Under the pieces are notes generated by a model. It worked only from the letters and a program-made list of their open reading frames with translations. It was not told the DNA's origin and ran no database searches. Positions 1 through 8,800 of a stretch of DNA of 64,000 nt are shown here, in pieces. Each line of letters opens with the position of its first letter. The first letter of the stretch is position 1. This stretch comes from Candidatus Undinarchaeota archaeon. GTDB taxonomy: Archaea; Undinarchaeota; Undinarchaeia; Undinarchaeales; UBA543. The stretch covers positions 80,007 to 144,006 of the forward strand of contig CAZWSR010000001.1 of assembly GCA_964636545.1 (NCBI GenBank), in the 5' to 3' direction. The position numbers were made by a program, and so were the translations under genes.

Positions 1-983
1 GAATCTCCAGCTGGCTTAACTCTGATTGTTTTTCCTTTCAACATTTTCTCAACTTCCTCAACATTCTCTGGCCTAGTCAGCACATGCACATTTGGTCCAG
101 CATCAATTGTGTAATAGCATTCCAACCCTCTGCTTCTTGCTTTCTCAACTTTCTTCATTATTTTAAAAGTATCTTGGTTTCGGTAATAAAGCGGAGGTTT
201 TGAAGTTTCCATAACAGCGTGCATTAGTTTGCAGTTCTCTTCAGCAATACTGCCAACTGTTTTAAAATCGTCATCAAGAATGGCTTTCTTGAGTTCAACA
301 ACATGCTCCTGAGACTTTTTGATTTGCGCATTATTAAGAGGGCTGGTTGCAGCTAGTGTGTGGCCAGAATCAGAAGTTGTTGTTTTCGGCTCATCACTAA
401 CAAGTGCAATAACAGCATTCATTTGAAAATCAGTAGGTCCGCAGAGCTGTTCTGCATAAGAAGTTTCATGATCAACACCCTGATGCCAGTGCACAAAACC
501 GCCATGAACCGACCGCGCTGCAGAGCCAGAACCAAGACGCGCATATTTTGAAACATCATCCTTAGATAATTTTAATCCAAGTGCGTCAGAAGTTGCAATT
601 GCAAGAGCAGCGAATCCCGCAGCAGATGAAGCAAGACCACTTTGGGTTGGAAAATCGTTTGTGCTTGCCATCATAAATTTGTGATTAATCCCAGCCATTT
701 CCCGGAGTGGATTAACAACAGCAAGTACTCGCTCCTTGTTTCTGTCAACTAATGATTTTTTATTTAGAAATGCAACATCCTTGACATAATCTTTAGAAAA
801 GAAAATCGTTGTGTGCGCCTTTAGCTCAATATCGCCTAGCCCTTGTTTTGTCATGCTAATACTGTCGTTCATAGGAATATTCAATTCTGAAGAGCGTCCC
901 CAATATTTGATAAGTGCAATGTTTGAGTGAGCAATTGCTGAGGATTTCATTAGCAATACATGACCTAAGGGACTTAATAACAT
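1..983 (-). CDS. mvaD: diphosphomevalonate decarboxylase (GHMP kinase family), 3' end truncated by window edge
   Basis: Minus-strand translation from ATG at 983 gives MLLSPLGHVLLMKSSAIAHSNIALIKYWG...SSAAGFAALA...RLGSGSAARS...TIDAGPNVHVL, the classic MVD/GHMP motifs. GGGGTG SD lies upstream. The ORF runs off position 1. Confidence 0.8.
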   Translation of the reverse strand, partial: MLLSPLGHVLLMKSSAIAHSNIALIKYWGRSSELNIPMNDSISMTKQGLGDIELKAHTTIFFSKDYVKDVAFLNKKSLVDRNKERVLAVVNPLREMAGINHKFMMASTNDFPTQSGLASSAAGFAALAIATSDALGLKLSKDDVSKYARLGSGSAARSVHGGFVHWHQGVDHETSYAEQLCGPTDFQMNAVIALVSDEPKTTTSDSGHTLAATSPLNNAQIKKSQEHVVELKKAILDDDFKTVGSIAEENCKLMHAVMETSKPPLYYRNQDTFKIMKKVEKARSRGLECYYTIDAGPNVHVLTRPENVEEVEKMLKGKTIRVKPAGD

Positions 984-1063
984 TTTCACCCCTGTAAATT
1001 TCTTGCAGAAGCAGATAAGCTTAAATACAATTATCCTCAAGCCAACATCAAGGTGAAATAAAA

Positions 1064-1453
1064 ATGCCAGCAGTAGTTGATAAAACAAAATGTCAAAAGA
1101 ATTACGCTTGTATTGGAGTATGTCCAGTAAAAGCGATTGAGAAAGATGCAGATGGTTTTCCAGTAGTTGAAACTGCAGAGCACAAAGAAAACAAATGTAT
1201 TGAGTGTGGAGCTTGCGAAGCATCATGCCCAACAGCAGCAATCAAAGTGCAGATTGGAGATACAACTCCAGTTCCTGAAGAATCAACAGTGGAAGAACCA
1301 GACCAGCCAGCAGTTACAGAAGTGCCTGTAGAAACTCCAGTTGAGCCAGAACAGCCAGAAGCTTCTCCTGAGCCAGAACCTGTAGCACCTGAACCTCAGC
1401 CAGAACCTGCACCACCATCAGAGCCAGTTCCTGCACCTAAAGAACAAAAATAA
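1064..1453 (+). CDS. ferredoxin (4Fe-4S binding domain) with Pro/Glu-rich C-terminal tail
   Basis: Cys motifs are CQKNYACIGVCP (Cx5Cx3CP, not canonical CxxCxxC) and CIECGACEASCP. The C-terminal 60 aa are low-complexity PEPEP/PVETPV repeats. Confidence 0.75.
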   Translation: MPAVVDKTKCQKNYACIGVCPVKAIEKDADGFPVVETAEHKENKCIECGACEASCPTAAIKVQIGDTTPVPEESTVEEPDQPAVTEVPVETPVEPEQPEASPEPEPVAPEPQPEPAPPSEPVPAPKEQK

Positions 1454-1675
1454 ACGAATTCTAAACAGAATCACTTTTATACTAGAGAATTTTCTAATAA
1501 CAGTGCCAATGATGTACCGACATCGAGCTGATACTCCCAAATGATGATAGATGGGCGGGCAGAGGCAATATTTTTGAAATTGGTTAAGCTAGCAGCTTGC
1601 ATCAAAAATGAAAAAGAAAATTGAAAACACACCACAACAATAACCCTTATAAACCATCGCAGATTATTCAGAATT

Positions 1676-2194
1676 ATGAAAAACAAAGAGGATATTTTCC
1701 TTATTGGATTAATTATCGTAATTATTGTGCTTGTTGTAGCACTTTTTATGACTCCTGCAAGAGTTGCAGTAGTTGATGGAGAAGGAGAAGGTAGTGCATC
1801 AATAAATATTGCAGATCCACCACGCGAAGCAATAGAACGTCAGAACACACCGGACCCAATCATTAGACCAGTAGAAACACCCGTGGTAACATCAGAACCG
1901 GAGCCTGAACCAGAACCTGAGGAAGAACCTGAAGAAGTTATTATAACACTTGCTAGTGGAAGATTTACACCAAATGACATAGAGATAGAATCAGGAACCA
2001 TGGTCACATTTATCAGCGAAGATGATTTCAAAGTATACCAAATTGATCTTGTGTCATATGGAAAACACTCCTATTCACCACGGATACAAGAGGGTGAAAG
2101 CTGGAGCGTAACATTGGTTGGACCACAAGTATTCTACTACAATGCAGTTGGATATGAATCCAGGAAAGCACGAATAACTGTGGATGCACCATAA
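1676..2194 (+). CDS. membrane-anchored protein with PE-rich linker and cupredoxin-like C-terminal domain (no Cu ligands)
   Basis: N-terminal TM helix, then PVETPVVTSEPEPEPEPEEEPEE linker, then a beta-rich domain (FTPNDIEIESGTMVTF...) lacking Cys/His ligands. Confidence 0.55.
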   Translation: MKNKEDIFLIGLIIVIIVLVVALFMTPARVAVVDGEGEGSASINIADPPREAIERQNTPDPIIRPVETPVVTSEPEPEPEPEEEPEEVIITLASGRFTPNDIEIESGTMVTFISEDDFKVYQIDLVSYGKHSYSPRIQEGESWSVTLVGPQVFYYNAVGYESRKARITVDAP

Positions 2195-2227
2195 GGTTCA
2201 TTAATAAGAAGGGAGGGAGATTTTAGT

Positions 2228-2653
2228 ATGGAGTGCGAACTGTGTGGGAAAGGATTAGAAAACCCAAGAAAGGTTAGTGTGGAAGGTTCTATTTTGAATG
2301 TTTGTGAAAACTGTGTCAAATACGGGACTGAAGTTCAATTTTCAAGACCACAGCCAGCAGCTAGTTCTGGAGCAAGTCAACAATCATATTCTACTGGAAG
2401 GAAAGTGAAAATGCCATATTCTCAGCAGATTGGTCAAGAATTTGAACTTGTTGAGGATTATGGGAAACTGATACAGCAGGCTTGGAACAAGAGTGGGAAA
2501 AAACTTGATGAATTTGCAGCTGACCTTAATGAGAAAAGTTCAGTTATTAGTAAATTGATTTCAGGAAACATGACGCCAGATAATTCACTTGTGAAAAAAC
2601 TTGAGAAAAAACTGAATATAACTCTACGCGAACCTATTTCTGACGAGACTTAA
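2228..2653 (+). CDS. archaeal multiprotein bridging factor 1 (Zn-ribbon + XRE-type HTH)
   Basis: N-terminal CELCG...CENC zinc ribbon and C-terminal HTH (QQAWNKSGKKLDEFAADLNEKSSVISKLISG). SD GGGAGGGAG lies upstream. Confidence 0.8.
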   Translation: MECELCGKGLENPRKVSVEGSILNVCENCVKYGTEVQFSRPQPAASSGASQQSYSTGRKVKMPYSQQIGQEFELVEDYGKLIQQAWNKSGKKLDEFAADLNEKSSVISKLISGNMTPDNSLVKKLEKKLNITLREPISDET

Positions 2654-3455
2654 GGAAGTAAGAAGTTTTGATTATTACGAAAAGAGGCGACAGTATCAAG
2701 AAAGTAAAGATGAACTCAGCTGCCTGTGCAAATATTACCAAACCAAATCCAATCATCAAGTAATTTGCAAGAGTTATGAAAATTTGCTTGAAAACAATGA
2801 ATGCTACAAGTGTGAATAGATATGCACCGAGCAGTAAAAGAACATTTCCAAGATTTTTTCTGATAACATTATAACTTTTCTGAAATGCTGCCCATGCCCA
2901 TAAACCATCAAGAACAATTGCTTGTTTTCCAAAAAATCCAACAAATTGAAGAAGAATAGAAAAGAAAATAACACAAAGTCCAGCAAAAACAAGACCTAAG
3001 AGCCCAAACATGAGTGCAGCTGGAATTGATATTAGAACAGCGGCAATCAATGTGAAACCCCAAATCAAAATCTTGAAAGAAAATACTCGGAGACCAGATC
3101 GAAGAGCAGAAAAACCATGTTGGAGTGTTGGTTTTTTTCCTTTTGCTATTTGTTTAGCTAATCCAATTGAAAATGCATGGAAAAACGAGCTGATGAATGA
3201 AAGGAAGAAGCCGCAGACAATTATCAAAAGAATGTATTTCCCAAAAATACCCATAAGATAAGATGAAGCAGATTCAGAAAGAACAGCAGAACGAACACTT
3301 TCCATAGTTATCTGACTGCTAATTGAATTTAAATACAAACTTGAGATAATACCTAAACCAGTTGTTATCAAACCCATTATTGCAAAAGGAGCTAAGATAA
3401 TAGGATTGTCTAAATAATTCGATACAGATTTTCTCAAGAACTTTCCAATGTTCAT
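2634..3455 (-). CDS. multi-pass membrane protein, function unknown (alternative GTG start at 3647)
   Basis: Long hydrophobic ORF. The ATG at 3455 avoids most of the overlap with the divergent CBS gene; the track ORF extends to 3647. Confidence 0.5.
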   Translation of the reverse strand: MNIGKFLRKSVSNYLDNPIILAPFAIMGLITTGLGIISSLYLNSISSQITMESVRSAVLSESASSYLMGIFGKYILLIIVCGFFLSFISSFFHAFSIGLAKQIAKGKKPTLQHGFSALRSGLRVFSFKILIWGFTLIAAVLISIPAALMFGLLGLVFAGLCVIFFSILLQFVGFFGKQAIVLDGLWAWAAFQKSYNVIRKNLGNVLLLLGAYLFTLVAFIVFKQIFITLANYLMIGFGLVIFAQAAEFIFTFLILSPLFVIIKTSYFLKSRQK

Positions 3456-3957
3456 TAAGAGAAGTACGAATGTCAGTGTTAAAAAGGTTACTAATATAAA
3501 GGTGCGAGAATTAAGAAAAATCATGACAACAATAGAAGAAATAATGAGAAAACACATTGATGTTGAAAAACAAGACACACTTATTATGGATGCAGTAAAA
3601 GCAATGGAAAAACAGAAAGTGCGTTGTGTTTTAGTTGCTTCGGACACAGAGATTTTAGGGATTGTAACAAGTACTGATGTACTTTACAAAGTAGTTGCAA
3701 AAGCAACAGATCCAAAAAAAGTGACACTAAAAGAAATAATGAGTTCTCCAGTTCATGCAATTGGCCCAAGAAATACAGTTCCAGAAGCAGTTGAAATGAT
3801 GGACAAAAATAAGATAAAAAAATTACCTGTGATTAATGAAAAAGGTGAAATTGTTGGAATAGTTACAACAACAGAAATACTTGCAACAGATCCTGAATAC
3901 ATTAATACAATGGTTAATTTGCAATTGCCAGTAGAACACACAAGTGTTGGAAGCTAG
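3448..3957 (+). CDS. CBS domain pair protein (alternative start 3524)
   Basis: Two CBS motifs (VKAMEKQKVRCVLVASD.EILGIVTSTDV and VEMMDKNKIKKLPVINEKGEIVGIVTTTEIL). Confidence 0.7.
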   Translation: MFIKRSTNVSVKKVTNIKVRELRKIMTTIEEIMRKHIDVEKQDTLIMDAVKAMEKQKVRCVLVASDTEILGIVTSTDVLYKVVAKATDPKKVTLKEIMSSPVHAIGPRNTVPEAVEMMDKNKIKKLPVINEKGEIVGIVTTTEILATDPEYINTMVNLQLPVEHTSVGS

Positions 3958-4454
3958 AATTTTGCTTCTCTTTCTTGAACAAAACCGTAATGCCGTAGAA
4001 CATCTCTTAATTCGCGATTATTGTTGTAATGCTCATTAACACCTTTTAGAATTGAATCCAAATCTACAAAAACTAATTTTCCTCGTTCTTTTTTGTATTC
4101 TTCATAAGGCGTTCCACTTGGAGTAATTACAAACAAGTCATCGCGCTCTGGAACAAATATTTTTGTTTTTGCCATTTGCGCAGCATATTCAGAATAATTA
4201 TCAATATCAATTTTCTTGATGAATGAATTGGCGTCGTGTTCAATTACAAAGATTTTCTTAACAATTTCATCAGGTAATTCGCATTCAAGAATAACAGCAG
4301 CTCGTACACTGTAACCAATTGGAACATCAATATCAACGCCAATTTGTTTTTTAGTAAAATTCTGGTGCTCTGCCTGAAACAATGCACCTAACATCTGTTC
4401 TCTGTGCTCTTTCTGCATTCCCATAAATTTTTTCTTGTCGATAATCATTATCAT
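3954..4454 (-). CDS. hypothetical protein
   Basis: 166-aa ORF with GGGGAG SD 9 nt upstream of the ATG. No recognisable motif. Confidence 0.5.
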   Translation of the reverse strand: MIMIIDKKKFMGMQKEHREQMLGALFQAEHQNFTKKQIGVDIDVPIGYSVRAAVILECELPDEIVKKIFVIEHDANSFIKKIDIDNYSEYAAQMAKTKIFVPERDDLFVITPSGTPYEEYKKERGKLVFVDLDSILKGVNEHYNNNRELRDVLRHYGFVQEREAKF

Positions 4455-4522
4455 AAAGTATTAATACTCCCCTATTTAAAAATTTGTTGTTCTTAGAATT
4501 TGTTGGGGGAGCGTATGCTATA

Positions 4523-6100
4523 ATGGAAAAAATAATACCAGACACAAGCGTGTTGATAAAAGGAAATCTTTCAGAACTAGTGGAAACTGGAAAACTGAAA
4601 GGAGAGATAATTATTCTAGAAATAGTTCTTTCTGAGCTTGAGAATCAGGCAAACAAGAAACAGAAGATTGGTTTTAAAGGACTAGAGGAACTTGGAAAGC
4701 TGAAAAAGTTTTCTGATGATAAGAAAATCACATTAACTTTTCATGGAAACAGGCCAACTCCTGATGAAATAAAGGCAGCAAAATTCGGAGCAATTGATTC
4801 TGCAATTCGGGATGCTGCAGTGAAGTTGGAAGCAAAATTACTAACTGCTGATTATGTTATGTTTTTGACTGCAAAAGCAAGAGGAATTGAGTGCGAGCAT
4901 ATTGAAACAGAAGTTGCAGAAACACTTGAGATTGAGAAACTTTTTGATAAGGAAACAATGAGCATTCATCTGAAACTCGGAACTAAACCGCTTGCGAAAA
5001 AAGGAATGCCCGGAAAAGTCAGATTGGAGAAAATTTCTGATAAAGAAACTACTGAAGAAGAGCTTGATAGACTAATCAAGGAAATTATTGATTATGGCAG
5101 AGAGAACAAGAGAATAGAAATCAGTATGCGCGGAGCAACTGTTGTGCAGATGGAAAATATTCGGATTTCAATTACAGAACCCCCATTTTCAGATGCTACT
5201 GAAATTACTGCTGTTAGACCGATTATTAAGGTTAGTTTGAATGATTACAAAATGAGCGATAAACTGCGAAAACGATTAGAGGAAAAAGCAGAAGGTGTTT
5301 TCATTTGCGGACCACCTGGTGCAGGAAAATCCAGTTTTGCAGCTGCTCTTGCTGAATTTTATCAGAGACGTGGCGCTATTGTGAAAACAATGGAGAATCC
5401 ACGAGATTTGCAAGTTAATAAAAATATTACACAGTATGCACCACTTGAAAAATCAATGGAGAAAACTTCAGATATTTTGCTTTTGGTTAGACCTGACTAT
5501 ACAATTTATGATGAAGTTAGGAAAAGCGTAGACTTTAGAATTTTCGGAGATATGCGATTAGCAGGTGTTGGAATGGTTGGAGTAACGCATGCAAGTGAGC
5601 CAATTGACGCAATTCAGCGAATGGTTAGCAGACTAGAGCTTGGGCAGATTCCACACATTGTTGATACAATAATTTACATTAAGGATGCTAAGATTCGTAA
5701 GATTTACGAAACTAGAATGTCTGTGAAAGTTCCTGGTGGAATGAAAGATGATGACTTGGCAAGACCAGTTGTTGAAGTTCTTGATTTTGAAACTGGAAAA
5801 GTTGAGTATGAAATTTACACTTTTGGAGACCAGACAGTTGTTATGGGAACTGATAATCAGCCAACTGAAGTTGAAGCAAATATGACTGAAGGAAGATCAG
5901 AGTATATTATTAATTTTAACTCTGAAGCTGCTGGGAAAGAAATTACTTGCTATGCTGGACGGAACTTTTTGTTTAAAGTGCGACTAGGAAAAAGAGGAGA
6001 AGTTCGGATTCCGAAAAAGAATGCTGTTGGTGGAAAGATTAAAAGAAGTCAGAGGTATGGAGATAGGATTAAGGGTTATCTGGCGGAGAATTTAGAGTAA
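4523..6100 (+). CDS. PIN + P-loop ATPase + KH domain protein (COG1855-type PilT-family ATPase)
   Basis: N-terminal PIN-like region (IIPDTSVLIKG), Walker A FICGPPGAGKSSFAAALAEF, and C-terminal KH-like region. ATG at 4523 has a GGGGGAG SD; the track ORF starts upstream at a TTG. Confidence 0.75.
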   Translation: MEKIIPDTSVLIKGNLSELVETGKLKGEIIILEIVLSELENQANKKQKIGFKGLEELGKLKKFSDDKKITLTFHGNRPTPDEIKAAKFGAIDSAIRDAAVKLEAKLLTADYVMFLTAKARGIECEHIETEVAETLEIEKLFDKETMSIHLKLGTKPLAKKGMPGKVRLEKISDKETTEEELDRLIKEIIDYGRENKRIEISMRGATVVQMENIRISITEPPFSDATEITAVRPIIKVSLNDYKMSDKLRKRLEEKAEGVFICGPPGAGKSSFAAALAEFYQRRGAIVKTMENPRDLQVNKNITQYAPLEKSMEKTSDILLLVRPDYTIYDEVRKSVDFRIFGDMRLAGVGMVGVTHASEPIDAIQRMVSRLELGQIPHIVDTIIYIKDAKIRKIYETRMSVKVPGGMKDDDLARPVVEVLDFETGKVEYEIYTFGDQTVVMGTDNQPTEVEANMTEGRSEYIINFNSEAAGKEITCYAGRNFLFKVRLGKRGEVRIPKKNAVGGKIKRSQRYGDRIKGYLAENLE

Positions 6101-6163
6101 CATACCTCATAAACTCACCCCAGTTGGTGAAATTGTATAAACCCCAAATGCACCCGCTCTTTT

Positions 6164-6415
6164 ATGCATTCAGACATACAGAAAGCAATACTCAGGAAAC
6201 TGTACATGCTTGACTACTGGGGAGGAAGGCACACTTCTATTGACAATCTGCAAAAAGGTTTTGAAGGGCACTTGAAAGGGTTGGTAAAGAAAGAAGCAAA
6301 AGAGCTGCTTAAACTAGGATTAATTCTCTGCAAACCGAAGCCAGACAGTTTACATGTTTTCCTGAATCCAAGGCGGGTTGAAGAGATAAGGAGGATAGTT
6401 GCGACAATAAAATGA
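6164..6415 (+). CDS. hypothetical small protein (possible winged-helix)
   Basis: 83-aa ORF whose stop overlaps the next ORF by ATGA (operon-like). Confidence 0.4.
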   Translation: MHSDIQKAILRKLYMLDYWGGRHTSIDNLQKGFEGHLKGLVKKEAKELLKLGLILCKPKPDSLHVFLNPRRVEEIRRIVATIK

Positions 6416-6792
6416 CCATTACAGAAACGAAACACATATATACCAAAATAGAGGAAGATAATAGCATGGAAGATCAAACTCTTTTCGTAAAAGTGATGGG
6501 AGCGTATCCAATAATCAAAGTCCTAGACTTCCTGATAATGTTTCAGGATTTTGACTACTCACTTTCAGATATTTGCAAGAACGCTGGTGTTGGATGGAGT
6601 ACTTTGCACAGGTTCTGGCCTCAATTGGAAAAATATGAATTAGTGAAAAAGACCAGGGAGGTCGGAAATGCGAATATGTACAAACTGAACACTGAGAACG
6701 AGATTTCCAAACAGATAATGCAACTGAACTTGACAATTTGTGAGAAATTTGGAGGACCTGAGAAGCAGAGAATAGAAAAGGTTGTTAAGTGA
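6412..6792 (+). CDS. winged-helix DNA-binding protein
   Basis: HTH-like SLSDICKNAGVGWSTLHRFWPQLEKYELVKKTRE followed by a wing VGNANMYKL. Confidence 0.5.
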   Translation: MTITETKHIYTKIEEDNSMEDQTLFVKVMGAYPIIKVLDFLIMFQDFDYSLSDICKNAGVGWSTLHRFWPQLEKYELVKKTREVGNANMYKLNTENEISKQIMQLNLTICEKFGGPEKQRIEKVVK

Positions 6793-7113
6793 TTATTTTC
6801 TCCTCTTTTCTAATTCTCCTATTATTTCACTCAATTTTATATCTTTCCCAGTGAGTTGAACCATAACAAAATACAGTAAATCCGCTGTTTCTTCTATTGT
6901 TCTCTGCCTCCCTTCTTTTCATTTTAATCTCCTACAGTTCTTTGAAAGAACCACTCCGTCAAGAAACTCTGAATTTTTCAAATAAGCAACACCGTTATCT
7001 AGTACTACAGAAACTGCATTAGAAATTCCTAGTTTTTTGCGAATAGAAAAAGGCACAACTAATCTAAACTTGTTGTCCAGTTTGCAGACAAATGTGAAGG
7101 CAATCCCTTCTTT

Positions 7114-8436
7114 TCATTTTAGTAACCTCTTGTCTGATTTTCCCACTATATTTAACTTGCTGATAATCTGGTCAATTGAAAGAAGTTCTTGTTCGCCAGT
7201 TTCCATGTTTTTCAATGCGTATTTCTTTGCCTTAATTTCCTTTTCACCAATTATAACAACAAATGGAATTCCACTTGAGTTTGCAAAATCCAGATTCTTT
7301 GAAATACTTCTTGCTTTTGTATCAAAATCAGTATTGATTCCAGCTTTTCGAAGCTGCTGAGCAATTTCAATTGCTTTCTCATTACAATTTGGGAAATAAC
7401 ATACAAGTGCTTTGATTGCTCCTGATTTCTTTAATTTTCCAACTTGCTCAAGAACTTGAACTAAACGATCAATTCCAATTGAAAGACCTGTAGCTGGAAT
7501 TTTTTCTCCACCAGCAAGCGAAACTAAATTGTCAAACCGTCCGCCACCAGTAATTGAACCAATTTTCGCATCCTTTGCTTTGAATTCATAAACCATTCCA
7601 GTGTAATAAGCTAGTCCACGAGCCATGCTCAAATTCAATCTAAGATAATCAGAAATTCCATATGACTTTGCTAATTTGAAAAATTCTTCTAATTCAGCTA
7701 GTCCTTCTTTTGCAATATCATTCTTTGCAATATTTTTGGCTGTTTTCAGAACTTCAGTTGGTTTTCCTTCTGCAAGAAGTGCATTCAAAAGATTCCTACC
7801 CTTTTCTTCATCAAGTTTCTTGTCTTTCATTTCAGCAATAACTGCATCTTCTCCAATTTTGTCAAGCTTGTCAATGCATCTAAGTAAGTTTGGAACTTCT
7901 TTTTCAGTAAAACCATAATCAAGTGCAATTCCTTCAACAAGCTTTCTGTTATTTATGTCAACATAAAATTCTTTGAAATCTAATTCAAGCATTACATTAG
8001 TTGCGCAAGCAACAGCTTCCAAATCTGCTTCTACACCTTCTGCACCGAATGTATCAATATCTGCTTGCCAAAATTCTCTGTACCTTCCAGCTTGTGGCCT
8101 CTCGTATCTCCAAACCGGACTGATTATGAATCTCTTGAATGGTTTTGGTAATTGTGAATTATTTGCAACTAAACGTGAAGTTGGAACTGTTTGGTCAAAT
8201 TTCATTCCAAGCATTCTGCCGCTCTGATCTTTTAATGAAAAAATTTCTTTAGCAACTTCTTCTCCACCACCAGACTTTGCAGTAAGCAAACTTAAATTCT
8301 CAAGCGCTGGTGTCTGTATTTCGCGGAAACCGTATTTGGAATAAACAGTTCTGATAGTGTCGATTACATACCTGCGCTTTTCCATGTCCTCTGGTAAGAA
8401 GTCACGCATTCCTCGTGGTGTTTCAAATTTAGGCAT
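7114..8436 (-). CDS. hisS: histidyl-tRNA synthetase
   Basis: MPKFETPRGMRDFLPEDM... with class II aaRS motifs. AGGAGG SD is 7 nt upstream of the ATG at 8436. The track ORF extends upstream into the tRNA gene. Confidence 0.9.
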   Translation of the reverse strand: MPKFETPRGMRDFLPEDMEKRRYVIDTIRTVYSKYGFREIQTPALENLSLLTAKSGGGEEVAKEIFSLKDQSGRMLGMKFDQTVPTSRLVANNSQLPKPFKRFIISPVWRYERPQAGRYREFWQADIDTFGAEGVEADLEAVACATNVMLELDFKEFYVDINNRKLVEGIALDYGFTEKEVPNLLRCIDKLDKIGEDAVIAEMKDKKLDEEKGRNLLNALLAEGKPTEVLKTAKNIAKNDIAKEGLAELEEFFKLAKSYGISDYLRLNLSMARGLAYYTGMVYEFKAKDAKIGSITGGGRFDNLVSLAGGEKIPATGLSIGIDRLVQVLEQVGKLKKSGAIKALVCYFPNCNEKAIEIAQQLRKAGINTDFDTKARSISKNLDFANSSGIPFVVIIGEKEIKAKKYALKNMETGEQELLSIDQIISKLNIVGKSDKRLLK

Positions 8437-8440
8437 TTTT

Positions 8441-8477
8441 CCTCCTGTTAGCTGATAGCTGCCAGCTGTAAGCTGAA
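8441..8477. repeat. family-A tRNA-flanking octamer-word element (CAGCTAAC/TAGCTGAT words)
   Basis: Copies also at 8555-8600, 13217-13250, 18629-18686 and 55561-55596. Every copy abuts a tRNA gene. Confidence 0.6.
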
Positions 8478-8478
8478 A

Positions 8479-8554
8479 TGGGGCCCGGGCCGGGAATTGA
8501 ACTCGGGTCTGAAGATCCACAGTCTTCCATCCTAACCATTAGACTACCCGGGCC
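8479..8554 (-). tRNA. tRNA-His (GTG) with encoded G-1 and CCA
   Basis: Hand-folded: G-1, acceptor GCCCGGG/CCCGGGC, anticodon stem GAAGA/TCTTC, loop CTGTGGA, T-loop TTCAATT, discriminator C, CCA present. Confidence 0.85.
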
Positions 8555-8742
8555 AAATATATAGCTATCAGCTACCTGCTTGCAGCTAACAGAAATAGAA
8601 ACTTTCCTACTACTTAAAACTTTGTCAAAACTAAAACTAGACGAACTTCCTTGTTCAACAATGAAGGCAATCCCTTCTGTTCATCATAGTAGTGACATAT
8701 GCCATATTGGTAGTATATAAAGTTTGTTATGTTGGTTAAGGC

Positions 8743-8793
8743 GTCAGCCCTCGGCCCTCAGGTCCTGACTGCTGATGGCTGATACCTGACACC
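8743..8793. repeat. family-B GC-rich element GTCAGCCCTCGG...GCTGATGGCTGATACCTGACACC
   Basis: Four copies (8743-8793, 11508-11558, 21456-21519, 31453-31502), each within a few nt of a stop codon. Internal GTCAG/CTGAC inverted repeats. Confidence 0.6.
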
Positions 8794-8800
8794 TGTTTCC

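Noticed and set aside
7037-7360. Small peptides (M/V)KAIPS(F/V)H.. encoded across the conserved TGAAGGCAATCCCTTCT motif
   Set aside because: The two copies differ by a 2-nt indel immediately after the putative start, which breaks the frame. The 107-aa track ORF is antisense to hisS. The motif is more likely non-coding.
8743-8793. Family-B elements as box C/D sRNAs
   Set aside because: CTGA and TGATGG/TGATAC words are present but packed within about 25 nt, without the 10-12-nt guide spacing or terminal stem of C/D RNAs.
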